Shown here: positions 50,462 through 62,958 of the stretch, piece by piece
How the letters are laid out: every line of letters starts with the position of its first letter
How positions within the stretch are numbered: position 1 is the stretch's first letter
Origin: Utricularia gibba
Taxonomy: Eukaryota > Plantae > Magnoliophyta
Assembly: GCA_002189035.1 (NCBI GenBank)
Contig: NEEC01000015.1
Location: 992,001 to 1,056,000, forward strand
Length of the DNA: 64,000 nucleotides
Direction of reading: 5' to 3'
The notes under the pieces: model-generated
What the model was told of the DNA's origin: nothing
Database searches by the model: none
Seen by the model: the letters and a program-made list of their open reading frames with translations, nothing else
Translations under genes and position numbers: made by a program

Positions 50462-51820
50462 CTGGCCTCATATCAGGGCGTGCCGCGTCCGGCTCCAGCA
50501 ACAGGAGATGAAAATGTGATAGCTTCGTCTCCGGGAGTGCTCACTTCTCTGCCTCTGTCATCCATGGGGCTTCCAGCAGTTTCGCGGGAGGAGGAGGAGG
50601 AGGAAGAGGAAGAGGAAGAAGGCGGCAGCAAACGACGCCGTTTAGAGCCCCTGTTGCTACAGGGGGAGCTTTCCCTTTCTTGGCACAGTGAAACGCAATC
50701 CTCCTGTGCACTGTTGGAGGCCCAGATTTCCGTTGATCCACTGCTAGGATTTCTTTTCTGTCTGTTGAATCTTTTTCATAGTGTACTTCCTATCGTTCCT
50801 AGTGAAGTGAAACCTCCATTAGTATCCTAGGTTAAGGGTTTTCCCTGTGTGCAAAAAAATCAGAGCAGGTCCTTGAAACGTGCATACTATGCATCAATTT
50901 CAATCTAAATCTTATGGGAACAAAGGTTGCATGGCCTATAAGCAGTGTAATCTCTATTAACATTCACGCATCAAGGGAGCCTGACGTAGAATAAGCATTG
51001 GGAAGCTCATTCATTTCCCTATGGGAATGGAAAGATTGCAGGGAAAAGTGTTGCAATTTGTCCATCTAATTCAGAAGCATGTACAGGTCCAATGAGTTCC
51101 TCCGTCTCCGGTTTCTTCAAGGCTCCAGTAAAAAGCTTGAATCAAGTTGCAGCTTCTTGCTCCAAGGTCCTAGAGCGCTGTAGCAGAAACAATTAACAGA
51201 TAAAAAATTGGACTACGATTACAGAAGACAGGGAATGTCAGAGAAAGTTTAAAATACACCGAGAAAGAAACATCAACAAAACGCCTATCGAGGAGAGCAA
51301 CTAGCGGCAGGTTCAAGACTCCATTTTTCACGACGCCCACAGTAACAAAAAGAGAAATTTAGGGTTTTCATACCACCCACAAAAGAGAACTGATAGCCTC
51401 TCCTTGCCGGATTTCTCTTACCATCAGATCTTCAAATCTACAGGTTTGCGCCCCCATATGGATGAATCTCTGTATAAACCCTCGGAATTCATCGTTAGCC
51501 AATTTCACATTCACACAATTTCATCTTCTTGTTCACACCCCCATTCCCAAAAATCAATCTCCAGTCCGTGGAGAGCATTTTACGTACTTAGGAAGAGCTG
51601 ATCGTCTTCTCCATAAAAAAAGAACCAGATCAAAACCCTCGAGTTGTCCCCCTCCGCATCATCAAAAAGCCCCGCGACGGGATCCATTTCCGGGTGAATT
51701 TGCCCCGCCGATTGGCCCAATCTCTGCCGTTCCAGAGGCTCCATATCCATAGCCCATACGACAGAGCAAGCCCACCAATCTCGAGAATTCCTCCTCCCTC
51801 AGAACCCCATCCCATCAAAA
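50462..51820 (-). ncRNA. Putative spliced non-coding or uORF-only transcript
   Basis: Telo-box AAACCCTAA on minus (plus 51359-51367); donor GATG|GTAAGA (51421); candidate exons 51177-51085 and 50826-50462 with donor CCAG|GTATGC; no long ATG-initiated ORF. Inferred from signals only, no expression data. Confidence 0.35.
50588..50620. repeat. GAG/GAA trinucleotide tract
   Basis: (GAG)5 GAA GAG GAA GAG GAA GAA. Confidence 0.9.
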
Positions 51821-54291
51821 TGCAGGATCATTAACTCGTTTAACCGCCATTAACAGCACAAAACTACTAAATAAACCTGCTTTCAGCTTTAATGATTGAT
51901 AATCAGAGATTCTGAGGTTCCCGGTTTGATTCCAAGCCACTCTAAGAGAAACAGGCAATTAGGTCTTAAAGCCGGCGATCCGGTGCATGCATAATAACTT
52001 CCAGATCCTATGCGGAAGCGTGTACGGTTCCGTTAGTAGGACGTATAATTTTTAAAACACATTATCCTAAAAAGTACGAATCAAGTCACGAAACAATGCA
52101 AGAAAGATAAATATCTCCGTGTGTGTACAAAATAATAATTTTTGAAAATTTTGGGTATAAAAATATAAATAAATATTTAAAAAGACATTAAAAACGAAGC
52201 GCGTGTGGTATACGGAAGACCTGAAAACAATATATTATAATATCAGACTCGTTTTGTTGTACTTTATTTTAATAATGTTAACTACTTGAATCCTCATTTG
52301 AAATTAGTTTTGTTAAAGATGAGTATTTACAAGAATCTAAAATCACATACGCGTATGTAGATTTGTTCATAAAAATGAATAATTAAGGTACAAGTGGTTT
52401 ATGGGAATATACAACTTTAAAAATAGGATTATAAATTATAATATATTTTAGTTGATAGATTTAAATAAACTCGAAATTACACATGTTTTTTTTTTAGATT
52501 CATATAGATTCATTTAAAACTACACTCTTACTTTACTTTATTTAAAATCACTTAATCTCATTTATAATCTCAAAAACTAAAAACTACTTAAAAAATTAGT
52601 TTCAATAAATTAAATAAAAAATTATTTAAACTCAAATCAACTAAACACTACGTTAGAGTATGAAATTCCTTGATATCAAACAGGGTGGAATAATATTTCA
52701 AAAGCATAGATTCAATTCAATATTAAATTCTATTTAATTCGAACTCATGACTTATTAAATGGAATTCAAAACTTTATTAAAAAAAACATATTGGAACGAG
52801 AAGCTAAATAAATTTGTTATTTTTATAACTTATATTTTATAATAAATTTAATAAAAAATTAAGAATAATATTAAATTTATAATTAAAAAAACAGAAAAAT
52901 ATCCAGAACCTGTTTTTCAAACATTAGGATTCAATATTCAATCGATCCCTATGTCTGCAAATAAATATCTAAAATATTTGGAAAAATATTTATTATTATT
53001 ATAAATTCTGTTCAATTTGCAACTGACAACCGCCCACAGATGGAGTGGGCCTTACTGCTCTTAGGCCCAGCATCCTAAAATATCCAGTGGAGCCCATATC
53101 TTTTAGAAAATAGCGCTCTGAAGCAAGGGAATTAATTTGATTATTTAAAACATAAAAATGAATTAAATAACCAAAAATTGGACTGCAGTTGAGCCCCTGA
53201 CTCGTCAATTTTAAGCCCAAGCAACGAATACACGCTTTTTACTAAAAATAAACCATTTCACTCATTATACTTCCAAATATCAGTTTCTATAAAAAGAAGT
53301 GAAGACCAACAACCACCCGCCGACAGTAAAATTACTAAAAACACCCTAACGGAGAAACCGTTACAATAATATTTGATGTAATAAAAATAAATATTTAAAT
53401 ATATTTATTCGGAATAATATGTTGAAGATGGCGCAGTCATTTACGCGTGATGGTAACCGTGACGCGACCCCCTTGCCACGTCACACATGAAAATTCTACG
53501 CGTTGAATTATTTGTGTAAACAACAAAAAAAGAAAATGTATTTTAATCTTTATCTTGAAATCAAATAATTCACCATTTAATTCCACCCGGCCCCACCATC
53601 ATCCCGTAACATGTGAATTAAAACGGCACAACTGTTCACCCATCCATCCTCCTTTCATCGGGTCGGGGTCGGGGCATGTGAATTAATAAATTAATAAAAA
53701 TTAGTTGTTTTTTTGTTCTGATACAAATACCCATGTGATATGGTGTCGATGCAAAGACGCTTTTACCCCTCTCATTCATTTCACAACCGAACACCTTAAT
53801 CCCGCTTTAAACAAGGCAATAACTGCGTACCCGTATTTGGGTCACCAGAGCATCATCCTCCGATCCAAGTGGAAAGAGGCGAGGGGCAATAAAGTCAACG
53901 CATGTTATACAAATTTGAATGAGGGCACCGTACAAGTAGCACAAGTAGACAGACATTTACACTCCAGAGGAGAAGAAGAGCAGCTCAGTGACATTCTGTG
54001 TATTTATAAATATAAAATTTCACCCCCACAACCCAATCCCAATTTTACCCCTCCCGCAGCAATTTATTACCTCCCCCTCCACCCCCAAAAAATAAATAAA
54101 TAACCAACACAACACAGTGTTTTTTTTTTTTTACTGTGATTCAAATGTCTTTTACCGCCGTGACGACACCCCGGCATCTGCTTGTCTCTGACCCACAAAG
54201 CATCCCGCTCCTCTCTCTGACACAGTCTGCGACACGGCCCCACCAGCGGACCCTTCTCCGCCGATTTAACATCGCCGTCGCGACATTCCAT

Positions 54292-56014
54292 TCACTCCGC
54301 TGTACTCACCGGCGGCGGATTAGTCAGCCCGTCTCCGCTACCGTCATCGTCATCTTCATCGTCTTCGTTGTCCATTCCGAGATCGTCTTGGTTCTGAATC
54401 AGGTTTTGCTGGGACTGCGGCCATTGCTGCTCCGGCCGGGCCATTATCGGCACCGCCATCGGGTCTTCGTTTTTAGCCTTTTCCTTGTATATGGATTCAA
54501 GCAGATGGAAATAGGGGCACGTCTTGGCGTCCTCCGGGCGCTTCTTGTTGCTCTCCTTCATTTTCTTGTAGTACTTGTTGATGTTTTCCCATTTCTCTTT
54601 ACATCTCTTTGCGCTTCTGTTGTAACCCAGCTTCGCCATAGCACCTGAGATCTCCTCCCAGAGTGGACCCTTTGGTCCTGTCTCTAGGTACTTTAGATCC
54701 AAGTCTGTTCTCAGCTTTATCAGCGCGAGAACCTCCGTTTTCGGCCACCGAGATGATGATCCTGCAGTAACCGTACCACCCACGTTCTCTTCTCTCATTC
54801 CCGCCCCAAGTTCCCCAATCTCTAATTGGGGTTGCCGTATCGGCGGTGGGGGCTCTTGTGAGGGTATTGCGGGGAAAGGAGGGAGAGGGAGACTCACCGG
54901 GATTTGGAGATTTTGCTGATCCGTGATTTTCTGTAGGAAGGCCACGACGGCGGCGTCTTTAGCGGCGGCGACGGATCTTTCCTGCACGAGTAGCTCGTGC
55001 TCGCGGTTCAATCTCGCGATCTCCTGCACTCTCCACGTTTCCTCTCTCGAGATTCGTTCGCGCTCACGTTTTTCGAGCGTCTCCAGGAAACGTTTCTGCA
55101 TCTCTTCCTGCTTCTGAATCATTTCTCTCATCAGCTTCTGTAAGTAATCCTTCCATGTCCTCTTTCTCCCCTTCTCCGCTGAATATCCTTGTCGGAGGAG
55201 GTAGAAGACGAAGACATCGAATTCGAGAAATTCAGAAACGACGGCGGAAGAGTCGGCGCCGGCGGTAACTGTTGAGACTGCTGCTGTAGAAACGAACTAC
55301 TTATATGCTGATGCTGCGGGGCGAGACTCGGGGGCAACACACTCAAAGGCGTCGGACTTGTGGGAAAACTCGCTGCAACAGTATACGGATTGGCGCTATT
55401 CACAGTCACCGGCGGTTGATTTCGCGGCGGTGGCACTGCAACAGTAGAAAAAGGGTTGTTGTCAAGAGCTTCTAATTGCTCAAAGAATCTGTACGTCTTT
55501 CCAGCAGGTTTTGATGCTCGCCCATCTTTTGTTCTCTTGTGATACTTGTAAACATTCTCGAATTTCTCTCGACATTTCTTTGCGCTTCGCTGAAAACCAA
55601 GCTCCCCCATTTTTCTGTCCACCCAAGTGATCGAATCAGTTCAAAATCTCAACACAAATCGCAAACCCCCTTCGCAATTCGAGGGAGTCGCGATCCCAGA
55701 AAACACCATAATTGAATTGTTCTTTCTTCTTTGTTTACCTCGAGACTTCTTCCCAGAGAGGGGCTTTTGAGAAGCGTCTCTGAAGACGGAATCCATTTCC
55801 AACCGAATCTTAAGCAAAGCTATCGTTTCTTTACTCGGCCACCGACTACCGCTTCCGCCGACTCTCTCGATTTCCTCGACTCCCCCGCCGGGAACCGAAC
55901 TCGAAGCTCCAATCTCGCTGCTCCCGCCGCTAGCCCCCCGCTCTCATGGACCTCCGCCGCAGCAATCCCTCCATCCCTGGGGCTGCTCATCAGCTCCGAA
56001 ACGCCGAAAATCAT
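54292..56014 (-). CDS. Trihelix transcription factor GT-2/GTL/DF1-like (two trihelix domains); two apparent frameshifts
   Basis: Exons 56014-55739 and 55614-54292. Domain 1 SRWPSKETIALLKIRLEMDSVFRDASLKSPLWEEVSRKMGELGFQRSAKKCREKFENV; coiled coil KQEEMQKRFLE; domain 2 SRWPKTEVLALIKLRTDLD..KRCKEKWENINKY. Confidence 0.93.
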
Positions 56015-59000
56015 ATAAAAAAATGGGAGAGGAGAATAGAAAGCTCCTCAACGAATTACCAGATGAAAAAATAACACAAAATTAAAAAAAAATGCATCAC
56101 ATCAAATCAAGAAAAAGGGTGAATTGTAAGAAAGACGGAGGAGGAAGAAAGGAGCGAAGAAGATGGGATGATGCACGGCGTGGTGAATTTATGTAATTTA
56201 TTTGGGTGGGGGATCTGACCCCCAAGAAAACAAATCTTCATATCTTAAATTATTATTATTTATTTTAATTCCAGCAGTCGCCTTCTCCCCTCGGTAATTT
56301 TCCCTAATTAATTAATTAATGAATCCCCTAAATTTTATGATAACTTCCCCCCCGACACATTCCCCAGTCTCATGATAAAAACCCGTAGAGCGTTCGTGCG
56401 CGTGTGTCTCCTTACAAGAACCATCTCACCACCAAATCTAAGTCCGAATGCATTTCAAAAACTGTTTCAGGGAGATTTGGGCACGTTGAAAATAGGGGAT
56501 TAGTTGGGCGTATTACAAATCTAAACATCATAAATGAGTAATTAAAAGTTTTTGATTGAGTGTGTGAGATAGATGTTGGGATTTTGTAAATGGCCTGGAA
56601 TTAGTTAGGGTTATGTGGTTGAGAGGAATGGGGGTGATGATGGGGATGCACATTTGGAAATGATTACGGAATCTGAATCTATGGAGTTGCAGTAGAAATG
56701 TTTGTTTTTATGGGAAAGAGTGAAGTACTTACGGGGACCGGACCCCAACACCTCCGTACGCTATGTGCGTGTGTGTGTTTTTACTCTTTTTTTAAAATGT
56801 TTTTTTTTTTTTTTTTTTACTGGTTGTAAAGTAAAGGTAGGAGGAGCATGGCCATGGGCGTTACTTCTTTTTTAATGGGGATTGATTTCGGGCACGTAAC
56901 ATTTAATGTTTGGTATGATTTTTATTTACATATAAATCAATTATTGTCGCCCAACCCCAAACATCTCATGTTTAACCTCCCAAGTGTGCTCCCGCTTCTT
57001 TCTAATATTGAAACTAGTTGTTTTTTTCTAAATGGTGTCATGGTATTTCAAAATGAAAACCTGAAAAAATGAAGTTCGTTTCTGGGAAGTAATAAAGATG
57101 GGAAAGTATTTGGAAGTAGATGCCAATGGATGCGAGGAGGATAATAAACGCAAGGTCAAGAGACTTGTGACTATATTTCATATTGATTATGAATAAGTGA
57201 AGATACGTACTTAGATAGAATAACTATTCTAATTTTCATTGATGTATTTTCTTTGAAAGTGTAGAATATAAAACAATATGAATATTCAAAATAAATAATA
57301 TCATATAAGTAGATCGTGCATCGAATAATTTCAAATGTTCAAATTCAATATAAGATAAGTAAAATCTAATTATATAAGAAGAATTCAAATTTTAGTATTT
57401 TTAAAAATCTTAATATTAATAATATATTAAAAAAAGCCGGCCCACCCGGATGAGGCTACGGATCTTTCCGGTTAATCTCTTTTTCTTTAAAAAAAATTCG
57501 GTGCAGAAAGACGGATATGCCCCTCCATGGTCATGCCGACTACGGCGTTCCTATCTGCTACCATTTCGGGAAGTTTAAAGAGCGAGAAGGGTAGTTCAGG
57601 AAGGTGGGTTCCACGTCCACGTCACTCACTGGAGGGAAATATTAGTAGGCGTAGGGCACATAATTATTAGGCAAAGACATTTATGAAATGAATTAAATAG
57701 TGCCCAATTTCTGTTGGGTTGCAACCAACCCCATTAAATGGGATCTCATCATATAATATAAATTTATATTATATTTCATTATATATATAAATATATTAAT
57801 TTTAATACTCATATTCCCGGCCCCACCTCCCCCTATCTTTCTTACCGTAAATGCCCGTCCATTTTTTGTTCTCATGTAATTAAAGCTTGGGCGTATATTG
57901 ATCTCCAGGTGGTCCCCACCCGATACAACACATCATAGGTAGTAAGTACACACCAAAAGATGATTAGGTAACTTGAGACTGCACTTCATTTACACCAACC
58001 CCACACTTTTCTTTTCCTTTTTTAAAATTTATTTCATTAATGAAGTTTAATTAACATCGGAATTAGTAGGTAAAAAAATAAAATGAGAACTAAATGGCTA
58101 CAAAAATCTAACATGAGTATATGTTATCATTTAATAAAGCCTCCATGTTATATCTTTTATACACAAGATTTAAAGAATGATGGATTTGAGATATTCAATA
58201 TTATATCTTCCAAATCGTGATTATTTATATAATTTATGCTACACCGTTTCAAAATACGCATCGCGTGGCCGAAATCTTGCGATTTGGGGCTTTCATGTTG
58301 AGGCGACGGGGGACGGATACTTTTATTGCCTATAAATGAAATTGCTATTTTCGCATTAAAACACAGGAATACGATGTTTCTGCGAGATTCCCATTTCTTG
58401 ATTTTTAAATAATAATAATAATAATAATAAATCTGTTTTTGGAATTATTTTTGTAAGTTATTAAGACATTAATATAGTATACGGTTTGTAGGAGGCGTTG
58501 TTTAATTTTATTGTCTACACGCTTCGCTGGCTGTGGGCTTCATTAGCTGTTAAAGATGCTGTGTGCCTTTTTCTTTGTTTCGTCCACTTTCCTCACCGCC
58601 TACGCTAATCGTACTAATTATTCCCTCCTATTCACCACCCAAAATACTGCTCAATAATAATATTATTAATATTATTAATTAATTAATAATATTACGTGGC
58701 GTGAGAGTACTAGTAGGACACACCTAATTTATTCTTATTTTGTTAGAATATTCCTACGATGAATAATAACGGAAATTAGGGTTTTAAGATATTAAATGTG
58801 GCAATGCCTTATGGTAACCACAAGTGGGTCACGTGGACAGGTGTCAGTGAAAAGGTGGGCCAAGACAAGGCTTGTGAGTGAGTGAATAACATAGCGTAGT
58901 GGCAGGCAGGTAAATAGGGGTTGGTAGGTAATTATGACATCATGAGTACGCTGTTGCTGCTCCTGCTCTTGTGTAAAAACAGTTACAAACGGTTGGGGTA

Positions 59001-60254
59001 AATTTTTTTGTGACGGGGGGAGGTAATTTTCTGAAAACTTTATTTTTTTTGTTGGAGAATGCGTGCATCATCACGTGCCACAATAGTACCGGGATTTATT
59101 ATAACCAATAATATTAAATTATAACTCACGATTAAAATATTTTTGATATGATTTATGTTTTTTATGTATTTGTAATTCATGTTTAATCGTTTGGTTTATG
59201 GAATTCTTAATTTCAACAAGATTGGAACATGATTCAGCATCATATGCAAAATGAGTATGAAACGACAAAGTAAAAAACATAAAATCATAGAAGTTGAATG
59301 GTTAAAAAAAGCACTTTGTATACCGAGAATGTACGTAACATTTGGAATCTAGCATCCATTACAGATGAAAAATGAGATGTAATAACAAAAAGGATCTTCC
59401 AATCTTATATTTGATGTTTTACTTCAAAATAAAAAAACGTAAAATCGTAAAGATGGAATGTGAAAATAAACACATGAGTTGGTGGGAAGTGATAAGGCGG
59501 TTGTTGGATGGTAAAAGGAATGGTTGAAAGTGGTCACCTTCCTCATGAATACGACTGTAGATGTGGATAAAAAGCTAAAGGTTGTGAGCGAGTGAGTGAG
59601 TGAATGATGAGCAGCTTTGTAGTGTCAAGTGCGGGTGTATTGGGGGTGTGGGTGGGGCCCCTCCTGGAATTAAAAATAATAAATTATTATCAAGGGAAAC
59701 ATGCAGAAGGAATTAAATTAACGTTGCCCGCATGTGAAGCATGGGGATGCATCATGTGTCATCCATGTGGACGCACCTTTTCTTTTTATTCTCTTCATTT
59801 ATAACCACAACCCCATCGTGGGATGCTTTATTTATTTATTCATTTTTACTTACTTTTTTGCTTTTCGCGCTCCCGCTTCTAAATTCATGTTAAAATTAAT
59901 GTAAAAAATATAATCAAATACGTATATTGAATAAAAACCAATTTATAACTATATACCAAACAAGCACGGGATTTATATTGTTATTTGGGGTAGATGTTCG
60001 AAACGTACAAACTAAATTAGTATTCTGTAAAATTTTTGAAACCTATTTTTAATTTTTAAAAAATAAAAATAAAAAATAAAAGTAATCAAATTCTTAATCT
60101 TTCAAAATTAACTTTTATAATATAATTTTTAAAATATTTTTGATATATTTAATTTTACAATTAAAATTATTATAAAATAAAACTATTTTTATTTTTAAAA
60201 AACAGTAGATTTTAAATATTTTTTAAAACACTAATTAAATCATAAGTCTCCAAA

Positions 60255-60597
60255 TCATGCATACATCACCTCCATCTTCCGGAGCTTGCGCCCACGATAT
60301 CTGTGCCGCCGGAAAGGACGCCTCCCTCCGTACTGGAATTCCGCCGGAGGGCTATCCAGCCCGAACTTGTGCTCATTACAGAATCCCAAATCCGCTGCGG
60401 CTTTAAATGGGTTCATGATCTCATTGTCGGGCACTAATTCTATGCACAGATGTTGTCTTTTTTAGGTCAACATAACAATACTTTTATTTGTATTGGAAAT
60501 AAACAAAGCAAATAGTGTGCGCCAACCAAGAATGCTTCCTCCTAAGGCATTATTTTCAACATCATTCTTGCAATCTCAGGGTTTTGGCACATAAACC
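60255..60597 (-). pseudogene. Candidate small gene or pseudogene fragment (two exons, one in-frame TGA)
   Basis: GC-rich 185-nt terminal exon 60439-60255 (ELVPDNEIMNPFKAAADLGFCNEHKF..RRHRYRGRKLRKMEVMYA*) joins in phase, via an 87-nt GT-AG intron, to exon 60597-60527, which carries TGA at 60578-60576. No family recognised. Confidence 0.33.
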
Positions 60598-62958
60598 CTA
60601 GCAAAATGAAAATCCAAAAAATTTAAGAAACTTTCTTTATTTACAAGAGAAGCATAGCCTCTAAACTACAAAAAAAAGGTGAAAAACCACCACCATTATC
60701 AAGATTCATGCTTTGTAATCCGCATATTTGAAATGGAAGAATTACAACTCTTCATTAATCTAATGACTCAACAAGATATTTAAATCTTTCAATGGGTGAT
60801 AAGGTGTTATTCGACATTATTAAATTCGATATTGTATTGTTGAAGTAGCTCCAACAATTTTTATATAATATATCTTTGATTTCATCCCCTATGTACGATG
60901 AAGAGAATATCATTGACGTGTTTATTCAATCAACACCACATCATTTAACAAATATCAAAATGTTTTTGAATAGATACGACAATATTTTTCACATTAAACA
61001 ATTATTATGAGATATTTTTATATGTAGGATGAAAATAATATTTTACGGAATATTTAACGTGTTTATTTCATGTATTTAAATAAATTTGGGGTATGAGTAT
61101 TTTTTAAAATCTATGTACATGAATTTATTTAGAACCATATCCTTTCTTACCTTATTTAATGCCAATTTGAATCGTATTAATTAAATATTATCTAAGGAAA
61201 ATAAATTTTTGTATTAACTTTATTTAAATTCAAGTAAATTAAATTCGACCCCTTTTATACTACTCTCGTCAATCAAACACTTATTTACTGATTATTAACA
61301 TTTCATGGAAATCATTTTAAATGGCTTAAATTATGCTAACCCATGGTTCACATTCCTCCTCTGAGCATAGGAGGAAGATATTCTCCAAACAAGCATTTTG
61401 GGAATGATTTAGAAAAGTGTGAATACGTTGATATGTGTATGATAAAAATTTGACGTACTAATTATTTTTATTTTTATATGACGATGATACTCTTCAACTT
61501 GCCAAGTCGAAAACAAATGTCGTATTTTCCGATTATTTTATCATAGATGGGTTTCCATTAATCCAGATTTAGGAAGTGGATAATACTTCAGTATGGGACT
61601 CGATCCGGACAGCAAATCTCCGTTGGGATTCTTGTCCACACAACAAGGGATAAATAGGCTAGCCCTTCGAATTGACGCTTCACCCGTTTCCATTTTGGGC
61701 TTTATATTTTGGGCCCTGCATATGAATTGGGCTCCATGTGCTGTTTGGGAGGGTCCAGTAGGAGCATGCCCAACAGTTTCTAATCGCGCTGTTTATTGCA
61801 AAACGCACCGTTTTGGGTATGTGACGGAGACATCATCATCCAAATAAACTCGGACAAGGTTGTCCGTAATCGTGGTACACGATGGATTCCATACTTTCTT
61901 GTGTCGGATTGCTCTCTTTTGTGAGGATCAACGGTCTTGATTAGGGTTGGCTCCCCATAGAAGAAGTCAATTCGTGTAATCCATTTGGAAAAAGCAATGG
62001 GTTTGTTCTATCAACGTGTTTAAATTCAGAAATGAAGCAGCTTTCCGTTTTTCCTGCAGGCAGTCAGCCTGATTTTTTGGGAGAATTAAGTCCACATTTT
62101 AGGGTTGTCGTTTCCTAATGAAGAAAAAAAAAAGCCTGATGACAAGGAATCGCAGTGTAACATGTTAGATATGATGTCCTGAAAAAAATATATGTAACTA
62201 ATTAAGAGAAAATTAAAAAAAAAAACAATATCTCAAATTTCAGTCGATATAAATATTTTAATTCTTTAAGTCTTAAAATTTTAAAAAATACATCTCAAAT
62301 TATCAAAATCGTGTAACAAAGATCCAAACGGTTTTTATTTTTTAAAAAAAATGAACTGGTATACAGTGTTGTGGATCGATTCTAGTTTCAAACCCAATAA
62401 ATTTTCGTGCTAGGTGTTTTCGTATTTGTGTTTAAAATTCAATAAATCAAATAATATCTTTATTAGAGTTATATAACATTTATATATCATATAATTTTAA
62501 GTAGTGATAATTATATTGTATCTCGTATGAAGCACCATTATAATGATTTTCTATTAAGGTTAAAATCGATTAATTTTGATAACATGATGAATGAAATATA
62601 TAATTTCATTAATTTGGAGGTGAACTATTTATAATAAGATAAATTTAGGTTTTTATGATGTAATTTTAAAAATTGAGAATTAAACTATTTATATCGACTA
62701 TAAATTGTAGTGATATTGGAAAATTTCACCAATTAATTAATTAAAATTGTTTTGCCTCTAAGTTATTGATAGTACAATGGGAGTGACTTTGTTTGGTGTG
62801 AATTGGTGCATGGGACTTTGGAACCCCTTGTGATTGAGTTGGGTTTGCATCTTGAAGGATTTTATTTCATTTCGAGGTACACACCAAAGCACAAGTGTTA
62901 TTCACCACAGTTGAGAAATATACATACTTGTTGAGATGGTAAGGTGAAGAGGTAAAAT

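Noticed and set aside
50462-51820. SAC51-type or AdoMetDC-type conserved uORF leader
   Set aside because: None of the short ORFs matches the conserved peptides I recall, and no downstream main ORF was found.
51880-51945. tRNA or SINE from a B-box-like GGTTTGATTCC (51923-51933)
   Set aside because: It mismatches GGTTCGANTCC, and I could not build an A box, acceptor stem or D arm.
54136-54648. 170-aa plus-strand ORF, and similar antisense ORFs at 949-1431, 20793-21344, 45950-46384 and 62969-63325
   Set aside because: They overlap real opposite-strand genes, have no recognisable motifs, and are explained by GC-rich codon usage.
663-55939. Programmed -1 ribosomal frameshifting or a novel recoding system shared by six genes
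   Set aside because: The sites are plain G/C runs of 3-6 nt with no shared XXXYYYZ slippery heptamer or downstream structure, one coincides with a splice junction, and the genes are functionally unrelated. Homopolymer deletion error is far more parsimonious.
289-56014. A cluster of genuine pseudogenes
   Set aside because: Splice sites, catalytic motifs and long ORFs are intact, with no nonsense substitutions or +1 indels, and SBDS is essential. These are called as CDS with probable assembly errors.
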